DNA from: Paraspadella gotoi
Lineage: Eukaryota; Animalia; Chaetognatha
DNA: 64,000 bases
Assembly (NCBI GenBank): GCA_051294375.1
Contig: CM119266.1
Span: forward strand, 2,721,812 to 2,785,811
Reading direction: 5' to 3'
Shown one piece after another: positions 10,701 through 25,536 of this stretch. Both the position numbers and the translations under genes were made by a program. The notes beneath the pieces are model-generated. The model saw only the letters and a program-made list of their open reading frames with translations. It had not been told where the DNA came from and did not search any database. How positions within the stretch are numbered: position 1 is the first letter of the stretch; every line of letters starts with the position of its first letter.

Positions 10701-13700
10701 GGAGTGGTCGTTACTAACGTAGTCTCTAGATACAAAAAAACAAAAAATACAAAAAAAAAACCCAAAAAAAAAAACAAATAAAAAAATCTCCTCTCCGCTC
10801 AACAATAAAAGTTCATCTAAATTGGAAATTTGTGTTCCCTAACTTTCCAACCGATTTACCCCTCCGCTTTCAAAATTCAAGCCAAATAAACAAATTCTAA
10901 CAGTCTACCCACGCCTCTCTCTTCCTCGGTGCTTTGGACTACGTTCGTCACGGACCCATGAATCCCTCCCAAACAAAGAATATATCGAACGAACGTTCTC
11001 CCTCTGCCTCTCGCAAATCCTCTCGCTGTCACCAGTCCATCGGCTCTTGACCGAATCCGAGAGTAAAATCGGAAAAATCAATCGATCGTCTTTTTCTCCC
11101 TCTCTCTCTCTCTCTCTCTCTTCCTCTCGGAATACCCCTCAAAAACACAACAAACTTGAAAACAATCATTCTAAATAATAAAATGGCCAGTCGACAGTAA
11201 AAAAAAAGAGTCCAATTTTGAAATCTGCGGCCTCCAGGCTTTATTACTTACCCACCACCCTATTCTATTCCCACGCCAAAGCCAATGAAGATTGAAAATG
11301 ATTTTCTAAGAGATCGACCTATATTATTAGGTATTATTCGGCCCCTCACTACATTTGATGGACCGCACTTACTAGGGATAAGTAAAGCTATTCAAAAATA
11401 AATTAATCATGAGGGCTCGACTTTCATTTAGGAGCCCAAGTTACCCTCATATGACCTCACAGTTGAATTCAAAAACCAACCAACCTTGGGAAGAATGACA
11501 TTGTACCTATTCAAATCCAAAGTCAAACTCCACAAAATTTGAAAACATGTTATTTAATTCGGCCAGAAAGGAATGTATGATCGGTTACATAAAATGTTAT
11601 GAAATCGAGATGGAAAGATTTCTATAAGCAGAATTTGATGCGCTTATCTGAACAAGAAAAAAGACAACAAGAAATTGAACAAGAGGAATCATGAGAAGAA
11701 AAATTACAGATAACAAAAAGAAAAAGGAAGAGCAAATGCAAAAATCGAAAGAGATAAAGATTTATCAAAAGTGGAAAGAGAATGTAAAAAGAAAATTGGG
11801 AAAGAATTTGAAAAATATATACAAGCAAGATATGATAATGGATTGGCAAACCTGTAATATAGCCAACCACTTTCCTAAAGAACTAGGCTTGAATGGAGTA
11901 GCACTAATTTCCTGGGTCAACAGCACTGGTGGAACTATCGCTTAGAAGGACGTCGAACAATTAAAGTATATTTAGTGAAACCTAGAAATCATTAAATTGT
12001 ATACAAAAAGGGAGGAAGAGTACTCAAGACTATTCTTTTAAATCACTAGCAGAAGGATTATTTTAGCGGATAGCAATAGAAGATCTCGGATAAGCATTGT
12101 GAAAGGTTCAAACAGAAGGCGCAAAGGAATATCTTACCTTCCTTAGAACCAAGTCTATGAGACTAAAACCCGTGTGAGAGTCATCAGCCCTGACGCCAAG
12201 AAGAAAGAAAGCTGTTTAATTAAAATATGCATAAAAACATGGTTAAGGATCGCTGATTCCAAGAACCCTGGAATGGCAATGATTAGACCGACCATCACCT
12301 AGAGATCTTTATCTTATTCTTATCTTATTCAACGGTACGAAACACTTGCCGTGTGCTCGTGTAGCCGCCTCTGCTTTCTCCTCCGTCGTTGTTACGGAGG
12401 ACCGCCGTCCCCCAGGTTCCCCGCTGACGCCTCCGGAAGTGGCGTGGCCGCGTCCAGCGCCGTTGTGCTTGCGCCGAAACCGTCGGCTCGCCGTGGTGAG
12501 GGAGTAGTCGGCGAGGCTATTGTCACCGAGTGTGGCCGAATGTGGTGGGCCACAAGTCCGTCCACCAGTCTATGACGGGGTCTAAAGTCTGACCACGAGT
12601 AAGCCCACGAGTCCTTGGAGTGTGGTCTCGCCACAAGCTCTATGGCCGTGGCATCACTGTCTGTGAACGGTATCAAAGGTGACTAATGATGACATGAGGG
12701 CGTCCTGGAACCTCGTAAAAGGCAGTTTGGTGACGGGCGGAAAAGTCCTAAGAATCTACATGGCCTAGAATATCTGGTAAGAAAAAGAAAAGAGGAGTGT
12801 AATCTCCTAAAGAAAAGGAAAAAGACATCTATCGGCAGAAACGGTAAATAACAAAAGGCAAACAAAATAAATGGGGGAAAATGGGGACATATCTCTACAG
12901 TTATCATCGCATCAATATTTAGTTATTATCGCATCAATCCTTTTGGTTATCATCGCATCAATCCTTTGGTTATCATCGCATCAATCCTTTGGTTATCATC
13001 GCATCAATCCTTTGTTATCATCGCATCAATCCTTTGGTTATCATCGCATCAATCCTTTGGTTATCATCGCATCAATCCTTTGGTTATCATCGCATCAATC
13101 TTTGTTATCATTCGCATCCAATCTCTTTCATGCTCTATCTATTTGCATCAATCCTTTGTTATCATGCATCAATCCTGTTTATATCATTGCATTCAATCCT
13201 TGATATGATCATATGATTATCATTGCACTCCAAATCCTATCTGATTATCATTGATCATCCTCATATCGATATCATCTAAATTAATCCTCTTCGATTAATC
13301 ATTGCATCAATTCCTTTGGTTATCATCGCATCAATATTTGGTTATCATCAAGTCAATAATCAATTACTATTACATTCATTATTACAATAATCATTCTTTT
13401 TTTTTAGACTTTTTCATTAATTTTCTTCGATAGTAACGTCTAGTGAGATCACTATACTTTTAAGATTTTTATCTTTTATTTTTAATTCTTTTTCCAGACT
13501 TAGAATTGTCTGTCTGTTCTAACTTTGACTTTTATACTGAATTAACCTTGTTAAATTTGGCTAAATCGTTATTTAGTTTTTGTAATTCTTTTTTTCAGTG
13601 GCGGTGCCGGAACTCCTTCGCCGCATTCCTCCGGCGGCGCCTCCTCAGTCTCCGCTCTTCTTCGGCCACCCGGCGCGGCCCAGTCGAGCAAACTGAGCGG

Positions 13701-14241
13701 CGCTCATAACAGCTCCCTTCTCATGTCTTCCGGCGATAGTTCCACCCTGACCGCAGGCTCAGACGGCGCAAGTCGCGCTGGCTCAAACACCCTGGGCTCA
13801 TCGCCGGGTCTCAAGAGCGGCGCCGGATCTCGCGGACTCTCCTTCCTTCCCTCCGCCCGCCCAGCTTCCGCTTCCTCAATATCTACGTCTCGACTGGCGC
13901 CACCTTCTGCCTTGTCTTCCCGGCGCTCGGCCCGTTCCAATGAATCTCGAGACAGCGGGACCCTGACCCCGACGCCGAGCGCCCGTGAAACCAACGTCAC
14001 CGCCGAGAAGCGACGCTCGGAACCGGCGACGAACGGAGTCGTCGAGGACGAGGACTTGTCGACGGTCTTATCGCGCCTCTCGCTGGAACGCTACCAACCC
14101 GTCTTCGAGGAGCAGGAAGTTGACATCGAGGCGTTCCTCACGCTGACGGACGACGATCTTCGCGAGTTGGGCATCGCTGCCTCCGCCAGGGGCCAGTTCC
14201 TCGAGGCCATCGAGAGGCTGAACGAGTCGCACAAGCGTTGA
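5912..14241 (+). CDS. ANKS6: Ankyrin repeat and SAM domain protein 6 (multi-exon, ~4.8-kb TE-filled last intron)
   Basis: Ankyrin repeats with [30 protein letters not shown] and WWNRMSNR|F, which match ANKS6 as recalled. Ser-rich linker and C-terminal SAM domain [33 protein letters not shown]. Confidence 0.88.
9963..12899. mobile_element. Decayed insertion with TGTA...TACA ends (LTR-retroelement-like relic)
   Basis: Splits the satellite array, with GTTAT on both sides (9958-9962, 12900-12904). Contains broken, stop-ridden ORF fragments. No paired LTRs seen. Confidence 0.4.
12900..13350. repeat. 23-bp minisatellite (same unit as ~370-575), degenerating 3'
   Basis: Direct repeats of ATCAATCCTTTGGTTATCATCGC. 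Confidence 0.9.
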
Positions 14242-14630
14242 ATTGTGAATAGGGTGGAATGATGGAAGATGCCCGATCTTTTGTGACGTAACTTCTTTGC
14301 ATTTATGTGGGAAAAATATCGATTCTGATGATGACAATCGCGCAATTTCGTCGAGAGGCGATTTCTCCTCTCCCTTGTTTTTTCGAGTTTACATATATAT
14401 TGCTCTTCCGTTTCTAATCTGCTCATCGGTGCTAAAATATTCGAACCGCTAAGCGCTCTTTGGCGCCACCAAAGTTACACATTTTCACAGTTTTTACACA
14501 AAATATTTTTCTTTACACTCTCGTCTTTTAATCTTTTTGTTCTTTGTTCCGTAGTTCTTAATCATTTCCGTTTACGGTCAGGTTTTTCAATTAATTTAAC
14601 CAAATTTCAATTATCATATCAATTTCGACG

Positions 14631-15641
14631 ATGGAATTTTCCGAATCTGTTCCCGCCCACGGCTGCGGCGAGAATGCGGCGACACCTTTCAAGGGCGCCG
14701 GCGAACCCGAAGTGGAAACCATCGTCAAGACGGATACGCTGGTCGAGCGCGAGACGCCCTCTTCGGACGCCGTCGAGAACATCGACGTAGTCGGCAGTTG
14801 TGACAACGAAGAAGTCATTCACGACTCTTCTGCCTTCGGAGACGGGAAACCTGTGACGACGAAGGCGGTCGAGGTGAACGGCGCCGACGCGACGCCGATT
14901 ACGACGCCGCTACTCTCGGGGGTTTCCCAATCCTCTGCCGTGGAAGCCCCTTCCTCGCCGCCGCGTCTTCCCTTCGCCTTCGACCCTTTCCCTTTCGGCG
15001 ACGTTCTCCACCCCGTCGCCCTGGATCTCGTCTACTGGCGCCGCCCGTCTAAATCCTTCCTCGTCTTCTCCTCTCTTCTAATCCTTCTCATCTCCTTCTC
15101 TCTCTTCTCCGCCGTCTCCGTCGTTGCCCATCTATCGCTCTCTTGGCTCATTCTCGTCAGCGTCTATGTTTTCGCCAAACGATTGATCGACGCCGCGCAG
15201 AAAAAGGCCGACGCCGAGCATCCGCTGCAGCGTTACCTCGACGACGACGTCGTCTCCGGGGTCTTGCCGACGCCGGAAAAGGCTCACGCCTTGGCAGACC
15301 GGGCGACCGATAACTTAGCGACGGCGGCCAAGCTGCTTCGTCACTACTTTCTCGTGGTGAGCGTGGTCGACTCGGCCAAGCTCGGGTTGGCGCTGTACGC
15401 TCTGACAAAGGTCGGCGCTGTCTTCAACCTTCTCACCGTCGCCATTCTCGCTATTGTCTATTGCTTCGCGGTCCCGAGATTCTTTGAGGCAAATAGGAAA
15501 GAGATCGAGGCGGTGATGGTCGCGGTGCTGAACCGCGTCAAAGACCAGGGGCCGGTGATCAAAGAGTTTTGGGTCAAGAAGATTCGCCCGCATTTGCAGA
15601 AGGCGATCGACCGTTTGCCGATGAAAGAGAAGATGCAATAG
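14631..15641 (+). CDS. RTN: Reticulon family protein (single coding exon)
   Basis: Acidic low-complexity N-terminus, then reticulon homology domain: DLVYWRRPSKS, two long hydrophobic hairpins, EHPLQRYLD and VGAVFNLLT. Confidence 0.88.
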   Translation: MEFSESVPAHGCGENAATPFKGAGEPEVETIVKTDTLVERETPSSDAVENIDVVGSCDNEEVIHDSSAFGDGKPVTTKAVEVNGADATPITTPLLSGVSQSSAVEAPSSPPRLPFAFDPFPFGDVLHPVALDLVYWRRPSKSFLVFSSLLILLISFSLFSAVSVVAHLSLSWLILVSVYVFAKRLIDAAQKKADAEHPLQRYLDDDVVSGVLPTPEKAHALADRATDNLATAAKLLRHYFLVVSVVDSAKLGLALYALTKVGAVFNLLTVAILAIVYCFAVPRFFEANRKEIEAVMVAVLNRVKDQGPVIKEFWVKKIRPHLQKAIDRLPMKEKMQ

Positions 15642-16090
15642 CCAAAGTCTGCAAGAGAAAAAGTTCGTTTACTCGATGACACTAGTGAATTGTTAACGGA
15701 TGATAAGAAAAATGCAAAGAGGAACGATCTGATTTATATCTCCATGATTTCTTATTGATTTTTCGTCTCGATCTGTCTTGTAAACTGTGATCTGACATTT
15801 TTTCTTGCGATATTAGTCTCAGGGTTTAACAAAAGGTTGTTTGCTGATAGTTGTGCTAATTAATGTGTTTTTAATCTTAACAAATCTCTCAATTCGCAAG
15901 ACGTCAATGCTAAATTTTACCGTTTTATCTTTTAAAAGATCTTTTATTAGCAATCGCTATTTTTACTCAATATTGTTAAGTTTAAAATCCTGTTTTCTTT
16001 TCTATTATCAGTAGGAACCCCGGCGTTGAATTATTTCGCGCCTACGCACCAACGATTCCCCGCGGTGCCGCCACTAAGAAAAAGCGGACA

Positions 16091-18224
16091 ATGAGTCGGA
16101 CCTATTTGTTGTCGGCGTTGGCCGTCGTTGTCTTCCTCGCCGCCACCGCCGCCGCATATTCCCAGCCCCCAACTACCTTCCATGAGTTCCGCCGCCAATT
16201 TCGCGTCCCCCGCCTTCGCCTCGCCGCCGGCGATCGACGGCGGTCATCCTTCGCCGCCGCCAAAACTACTCCACCGCCGCCTTACTCGACCAAGTATTAC
16301 GACGCCCGCCTCGATCACTTCGACTTTACCAATGGCGCCACCTTCAAACTCCGCTACCTGGTCGGTCATCAGGACTTCGCCGGCCTTGGTTCCCCTATAT
16401 TCTTCTACACGGGCAACGAGGGAGACATCGAATGGTTCGCCAACAACACGGGTCTCCTCTGGGAGTTTGCCCCACAATTCGGGGCGTTGGTGGTTTTCGC
16501 TGAGCATCGCTACTACGGAAAGTCGCTGCCCTTTGGGAACAACTCGTTTTCCGATCCTTCGCACCTTAAGTTTTTCAGTTCGGAGCAGGTTTGTTATCAT
16601 TTCATACATAACTCTTTATTATTTGTTACACCCTGTTGAGCTTTTATTTTTCAACGTTTGAAAAACTTAGCATTCCTTGTGAGGATAAAGTACTTTTATT
16701 ATTGTGTTACGAGTATTTCGCTCATAATAATTCTTCCCTTCGCCAGGCCCTGGCTGACTTCGTAGATCTCGTCTTTTTCCTCAAATCCAAGAAAAAATTC
16801 TCGAAAAGTCCGGTAATCGCTTTCGGCGGATCCTACGGCGGAATGCTGGCTGGTAGGAGTTATTCCTCTCCGATGATCTCTCCAGCGTTTGATGTTCTTA
16901 CCTTTCCTTTCCCTCTCGCCGTTTTCCCCTTCTCCAACGCAAAGCCTGGATGAGAATGAAGTATCCCAATGTAATCAAGGGGGCTCTGGCCTCCTCGGCT
17001 CCCATGTGGCAGTTCTCGGGTCTCGTGCCGTGCGACACCTACAGCCGAGGGGTCACCAAGGACTTTCTTCTGGCCGAGCAGTCGGGGAAATGCGTCGCGT
17101 CGATCATTAGATCATGGGGAGAGTTAGACCAGATCGGGAAGGATGACGATGGTAAGTTGCTTGTAGTAGTAATAGTGCGTTGGTTTTAGCCAATCGTCTC
17201 ATGCTTCATCTCTGGAACGGTCCTTGCAAAAGGCTGTCGGGCCGGTTAAACCGCCGGTAGCAAGCCTGCCGCCAGGTCCGAATTTCCGAAAAGCAGGGCA
17301 ACTGACGAAAAAATTTCCTTGACCCTCTGAGCACACTAAAATGTGGGGGCTAACCACAGTGTCGGAGGGGCATGGGGGAAACCTTCTCCTTTCAGTTACT
17401 TCAGGGTTCTAATTTACCGTAACTCCTTTTGAGGCTTGTTAAACAACGTTTTATGCAGGTCGGCAATGGCTCTCCACCACATTTCGTTTATGCAAACCAC
17501 TCAAAACCGTCAACGATCTCAAGGGTTGGTTAGCGGGAGTTTGGGGCAACGTCGCCATGGTGGACTATCCTTATCCGGCCAACTTTTTGGAGCCTCTGCC
17601 CGCGTGGCCCATCGACCACATTTGCAAACATTTAAAGAATAACTCTACCGGAAAAAAGCTGATGGTCAAGCTGAGAGATGCGGTTAATATTTATTTTAAT
17701 TACACTGGTAAGTTTCAGTTGGGTCAAACTAAATTTGTTGGGTACAATTGCCTTTCCTTCTTTTCGCAGGACAAGCCGAGTGTCTCGACACTTCCGAAGA
17801 CGCTGGTTCGAGCCTCGACTCCACTGGCTGGTGGTACCAATCCTGCACCGAGATGGTCTTTCCCTCCTGCTCCACCGGCGTCGAGGACCTCTTCGAACCT
17901 TCACCCTGGAACCTGACGGCCTACTCGGCCGCCTGTTTTAACAAGTGGGGCGTCAATCCACGCCCCCTCTGGGCCGAAAAGTATTATTGGGGCAAAAACC
18001 TCACGACGGCCTCCAACATCGTCTTCAGCAACGGAGACCTGGACCCCTGGTCTGGCGGTGGGGTCCTCAAGGCGCCCGTCCACGCCGACGTCCGCGTCAT
18101 CAAGATCAAAAAGGCCGCCCACCATCTGGACTTAAGATTCTCCAACGACATGGACCCGTCCTCTGTCAAGAAGGCGAGAAAGTTCGAAATGTCCAAGATC
18201 AAAGAGTTTTTGTACCGACCTTGA
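16091..18224 (+). CDS. PRCP: Lysosomal Pro-X carboxypeptidase (peptidase S28), 5 exons
   Basis: Signal peptide; PIFFYTGNEGDI and FAEHRYYGKSLPFG; nucleophile motif GGSYGGMLA; NGDLDPWSGGG; AHHLDLR. Confidence 0.93.
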
Positions 18225-18849
18225 CATGACATTATAAACTGAAGGCTGTGAAAGACAACTTTTGAGACAAAATTCCATTTTGTTAAATTCCGGAAAGCGA
18301 AACTAGTTTTGCATGTCCTTTATTCTTTTTTCTGGCTATTGCGATTTTTTCCTTGTCCATGTTTACTTGTGTCGCTGGGTAATTTTTGAATTATTCGCAG
18401 CTCTTATACTTTCAAAGAAAAATATATATATATAATATATGTACTTTTTTCTAAAATTTGATATCTTTTTTTTTATATTAAATTATTATGTCTTTTCCAT
18501 TGCGGACTTTTTTTACTAGTCTTGGATGCTTTTCGCGTGTATTTCGTATTTCATGCAACGCTTTAGTCAATAGTCGATATCATCATGGGCTCTCTCGTCC
18601 CTATCCGCGTTGATCGATCTAATGTCTCATTTGTTAGCGACTCATGGAAAGTGAACCCGCAACATGACGTACGAACAGCCTTGCAAGTAAGTAGAAATCC
18701 TTACCACAAAAGTAAACGGTTCAACCATTATATTACTGCGCTTTTTACAGGACGACCAGTAATTTGATAACAGAGCGGAGGCAAAACGATGAAGCAACTT
18801 GGTAAGATATTTGCTTTGATTACGGAAAGAATTATAGCATCTCGCTAAA

Positions 18850-19052
18850 AATGTTTTTTTAAAAAGGGAGAAAGCCTTAAACACATGCTAAACACGATAT
18901 GGTGCTAACCAAGATGAATGTTTTCTTAAATAGGGAGAAAGCCTTAAACACGTGCTAAACGTGATATGGTGCTAACCAAGATAAATGTTTTCTTAAATAG
19001 GGAGAAAGCCTTAAACACGTGCTAAACGCGATATGGTGCTAACCAAGATGAA
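18850..19052. repeat. Three tandem ~67-bp repeats
   Basis: Unit AGGGAGAAAGCCTTAAACACGTGCTAAACGTGATATGGTGCTAACCAAGATGAATGTTTTCTTAAAT occurs three times. Confidence 0.9.
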
Positions 19053-20649
19053 CTCGGAAACCGAACGTCCGACTCAATTCCCGACCAAAGATGATGACTC
19101 GATCAATCGGACGATTGACGACCAAGGCGATGTTTCCATCGCGAATTCGGGTATAATTTATTTAAAATTATAACAAAATCGTGTATTATTGATAATGCGT
19201 CTGTAATAATATTTTTATTAGAATATCCCGGCTCTACCAAACCGCCGCCAAAGAAACTCCCTGTTCGCCCCGTGCTCCTGAAAGGCTATCTCACCTCCCA
19301 CGGTCGCGACCAATGGGGCAAACCGAACCGGGTCATCGGCGGCCAAACCAAATCGATCCTGATCAACCACGATCCCGACCCACTCAACTACGATAACACC
19401 AACAGGACGTTCTTCAAGATTCGTCCCTGGTCCCCGCACAATCCCGAGCGCGACTTTTGCGACAACGTTGAGTGCAGCCTCATTTACGTCCTCTGCGGCT
19501 TCTCCATCGTCTTCGTCTCCGCCTTTATCTACATCGCCTGCTGTGAGCGCAGAAAAGTCACGCGCCAACTTCGGGCCCACCGGCGTCGCGAGATGTTCGA
19601 CCGGCGCGGATCCCAGTCAATCTTCGCCGTGGAGGGCGGCTTTGGCGACGACGACCCCGATTCGCCGCGTGGTTTCGACGACGACCCCTTTGACGATCGA
19701 CCACCGCCCCCGCCCTCCTATTGGTCTAGTCAGGGCGCCCGTGGAAACACTGGCCAATTTCGGAGCTCTCTCTCCAGTACCGCCTCGGTCAGTGGACGGT
19801 CGCTAAGATGGTGGCCCATCTCACTGTGGGACAGCATTCAGAATCCGTTAAGAACTTTGCAAGTGGACGTTAGCGATTTCGTGGACGACGCGCAAAGGTT
19901 GTGGGTCGAGCGTTTGTTTTGTTTTGTTATTCGCGGCCTCTCTTTCGCTTGTGTGGGTATTTAAATATTCTTCATTCCAAACTTTTGAAACATTTATCGC
20001 CATCATTGTAGATTCAGGTTTAGGCTCCGTGCTTTCTCTTTTTCAATCGCTCACCTTTCTCGTCAGGGAACGTCAGTCATCTTACTTCTTCGGCCCGGAT
20101 CGAGCATATCCTGGTCGTGATTTCGACGACAGGGACATTTCCACGACATCTTCGGGTCTTTTTCCTCTCGAAAGACGATCCCCGCCGCCGCCCTACAATG
20201 TCGTTGATGAGACTCGGAGAGAATCTCTCGAAAGTGGTAAGCGCGCTACGGACAACCCATCGGTGTAGTCTAAAAACAATGAAGCTCCTCCTTTCGTGCT
20301 TTTCTCAACCCTCCCAGGATCGGGTAGCGGTTCGTCGACGATGGAGCGCCCATCTCGATCGACGGAGCGGGCTGGTTACACTTCGAGGGTTTTCGGGGTC
20401 CCCGGTCCGCCGCGTGACCTCGACGGCGTTGCCCGTCCTCCGCGTAAACAAAGGAGCAAACGAAGGAAGGGAAACGCGGCGAAAGAAATGAACGGAGAGA
20501 ACTCGGGAGGAGGATTCGAGGCGATTCCGTTGCGCGACGACGACGATGACGACGACGACGATGACGATGACGATGACTTGCAGAGATTCACTTTCTTTTC
20601 TGGCTTTAAAAAAATCAACGACACCAAATCCAAGTCTTCCACTCTTTGA
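19033..20649 (+). CDS. Uncharacterised single-pass membrane protein with PPxY motifs (4 exons; start uncertain)
   Basis: Frame-consistent GT-AG joins. TM segment SLIYVLCGFSIVFVSAFIYIACC followed by ERRK. Cytosolic PPSY and PPPY motifs and a poly-Asp tail. Confidence 0.6.
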
Positions 20650-21422
20650 CTTTTTTTTTTGCCGTCTTCCCTATAAAATATTACCGTGAAATATAAGCAG
20701 CGAATCTGTGCATTTGGGTATGTACTTTTTCGCTGAGTTACTGCAAGGAACATTCAGGGCTTAACTACATGTAAGTACAAAGTATTATGAAAGTTTTTTT
20801 TTTTTGGGAAACGCTTCTTTGGCCTAAACTTTCATGGTTTAAACATTACTTTTATGTAGGAGGCATAGGCAGTGTTTACGGAGAATGTTTTTATACATTA
20901 AATATTGACTGATATTGAGTCAGTTTCCATTTATAAAACGACACATAAAGGTTTCGCAATCCTTCGTTACGTAGACATACCGTCATCCTCTTCAATTTCA
21001 TTCTGCACCCATATCCATTTTACTTTTAAAAAGATATGCAGAATTGCAGATTTAAGCAGAAATTCGATTATCATTACGATTACATACTCGATTACTTCTG
21101 AGGAAAAATTATAAACGGCTTCTTGTGTTTTTAGGCTCATGTTTTTATCAGGGTCGAAATTTTAGAAAATAATAATCACCGATACTCTTAACTTTGAACC
21201 TCATTCATTTTCGTTTGCATGAATCTTTTTTCATAACGTATTTTTGCATCCAAATGTCTCGTTATTTGTCGAGTGCTTCTGTGAATGTTTTTCAAATTTC
21301 TATATTTTTTTCCAGCTATTTCACATTTCTATCGAAATAACCCGGATCGTTTTCTTTTCTTGAGAAGAGGTGCAGGTTAGCTACAAATATTTCCTTCGCT
21401 ACATATACTATATCACTATTTA

Positions 21423-22076
21423 CAGAAGGCATCATATTATAAAATGAGGTACCCATTTTTTGTAACCACAAACGTTCCGAGAAAACTATTGAATAGATTT
21501 TAATGAAATTTGGTATGAACGATCTGTGAATACAAATAGAAATATCGAGGTGAATTTCAATATTTAACCCCTGAGACGAGATATGGGGCCCGGTAGGGGG
21601 TCGGTCACCCAAAGAGGCAAAAAATGCTCAAAAATTAAATTTTTTGTTGGTTTTGAACAGTTGCCCATATGTTTACTCTTCCACAAAAATGTATTTATAT
21701 CCACAAAAATACTAGTTTACCTTAAGTTTTAGCTTCAAGTCAGATTTGGAATAATTTGGGAAAATAGAGAGAAAAATGATGAACCATGCATCTTCAAACA
21801 CCGATTAATTTTATCAAAAGAATTATTAATTTTAGTTTTAAAAAATATTTTTATATGTTTAAGACAACGATGAACTTAATTTTACCTTAAAGTCCAGCCC
21901 CAGGGCCCTGTATCTCTTGTCAGGGGTTGAATATTAAAATTCACCTCGATAGTTCCATTTATATCGTCATTAGAACTCTAAATTTAATATTTCAATAAAT
22001 TCGATCAGGTAGTTAGGTGGGAACAGATTCTGGTCACAAAAAAGGGGTACCTCATTTTATAATATGAAGCCTTCTG
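21423..22076. mobile_element. Tc1/mariner-type MITE
   Basis: ~31-bp TIRs CAGAAGGCATCATATTATAAAATGAGGTACCC / GGGTACCTCATTTTATAATATGAAGCCTTCTG, flanked by TA on both sides; no ORF. Confidence 0.85.
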
Positions 22077-22651
22077 TATGTGATAAGCTAGTATTAGACT
22101 AGTTCGCTCTCGCCGATAATTACATTTTTGCTGTCAGTTTTGGAATAAAAAGACAAGAATTTAGAGGTCGAAATTTAAAAATGAGGACAACCATTGACAG
22201 AAAATGAAAGAATAATCATGTATTCAAAACTTACATTTTACATGGCATATAATTTCAAAATTCATCAGCGATTCAGCAACAAAAACTTTTAGCTGTTTAA
22301 TGTTGAGCTTTGGATGTTTCCCAACTTTTTCAACGTCTTTGTCAACATAATGAAATTGCTGCCAATTGCCTTCGTTGAAATCTCAACTTTATCGTGACGA
22401 CAAAAAAACGAAATTATTACTTTGTAAAAAACATTATAATTTGTAAATTTCTTAAAAATTAGCATCTTCGTAATTATTGGTTTAACATTTGAATTTCAAG
22501 ACCGTGCGTTTGTCTTATTTTAAAAAAAGTCTTCAATAAAACTATGAAATTACTTTTTTTTTCAGTCTTTACCCTTTTCGTACTCTCTCTCTTCAACCTC
22601 AACACCACATTTTATTCTTTTCCTTTTCAATTTTAACAATTTTAACCAAAA

Positions 22652-24888
<2,237 letters not shown>

Positions 24889-25037
24889 AAGAGGAAGAGG
24901 GGGAGGAATACTTAATCTTCTTCCCCCGATCGTCGCGACGCCGTCGAGATCGAATAAAAAACATTTTAATCCTGAGTTTAAAAAAAAATCTAAGATCGAA
25001 GCTTCCGGATCTGATTCGTCGCGTCGGTCCGCCATGC

Positions 25038-25050
25038 GATCACGTGACGT
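25038..25050. promoter_or_regulatory. E-box/CRE composite (TCACGTGACG) upstream of POP1
   Basis: CACGTG overlapping TGACG in a CpG-rich patch after the tubulin AATAAA; function is inferred. Confidence 0.3.
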
Positions 25051-25536
25051 AGTTTTTGTAGTAGCGTTGCATTGAGATTTTTTTATTTTCAAGAAACGAA
25101 CAAACGTTTGATTACTATCTTTATTGCTAAAGGGGATCTACATTTGATTATTTGATTAAGCCTAAGATTCGGCGATGTAATTGATAATATTTGTTGCCTT
25201 TTATAACCTTACGAGATCTTTTATTAATTATTATTTGTTGTTTCTCTTTGACGAATGATTCCAAAAACAAGAATTGTAACAATCGACAATTTGTTACCGT
25301 TTTACTTTTGACAACCATTTCGAAATGTGATATGCGTTAGTTTTTTTTTTTTATGTTGTTATTGTTTTCAAAAAATAGAGATATATTTGGCCACCGAATT
25401 TTGTCGAGAGAAATCGTCTTTCGTTAATCCTTGCAATCGACGAAAGTCGAATTTTTTTGAGTGTCTTTCCCTTTTGTTTTAAAAATTAAAGAAAATCGTT
25501 AACCTTTTAGTTTGTTTATTTAAAATCGCATTAACA

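Larger units (their letters stand above)
8961..13455 (+). mobile_element. Full-length HINE family A copy in ANKS6 intron, carrying a 2.9-kb insertion
   Basis: 5' subTIR ATCTCGCCAGACG after poly-T, with a nearby inverted GGCGAG. 3' CGTCTAGTGAGAT is enclosed by ATAGT/ACTAT. Satellite units at 9845-9960 and 12900-13350. Confidence 0.6.
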
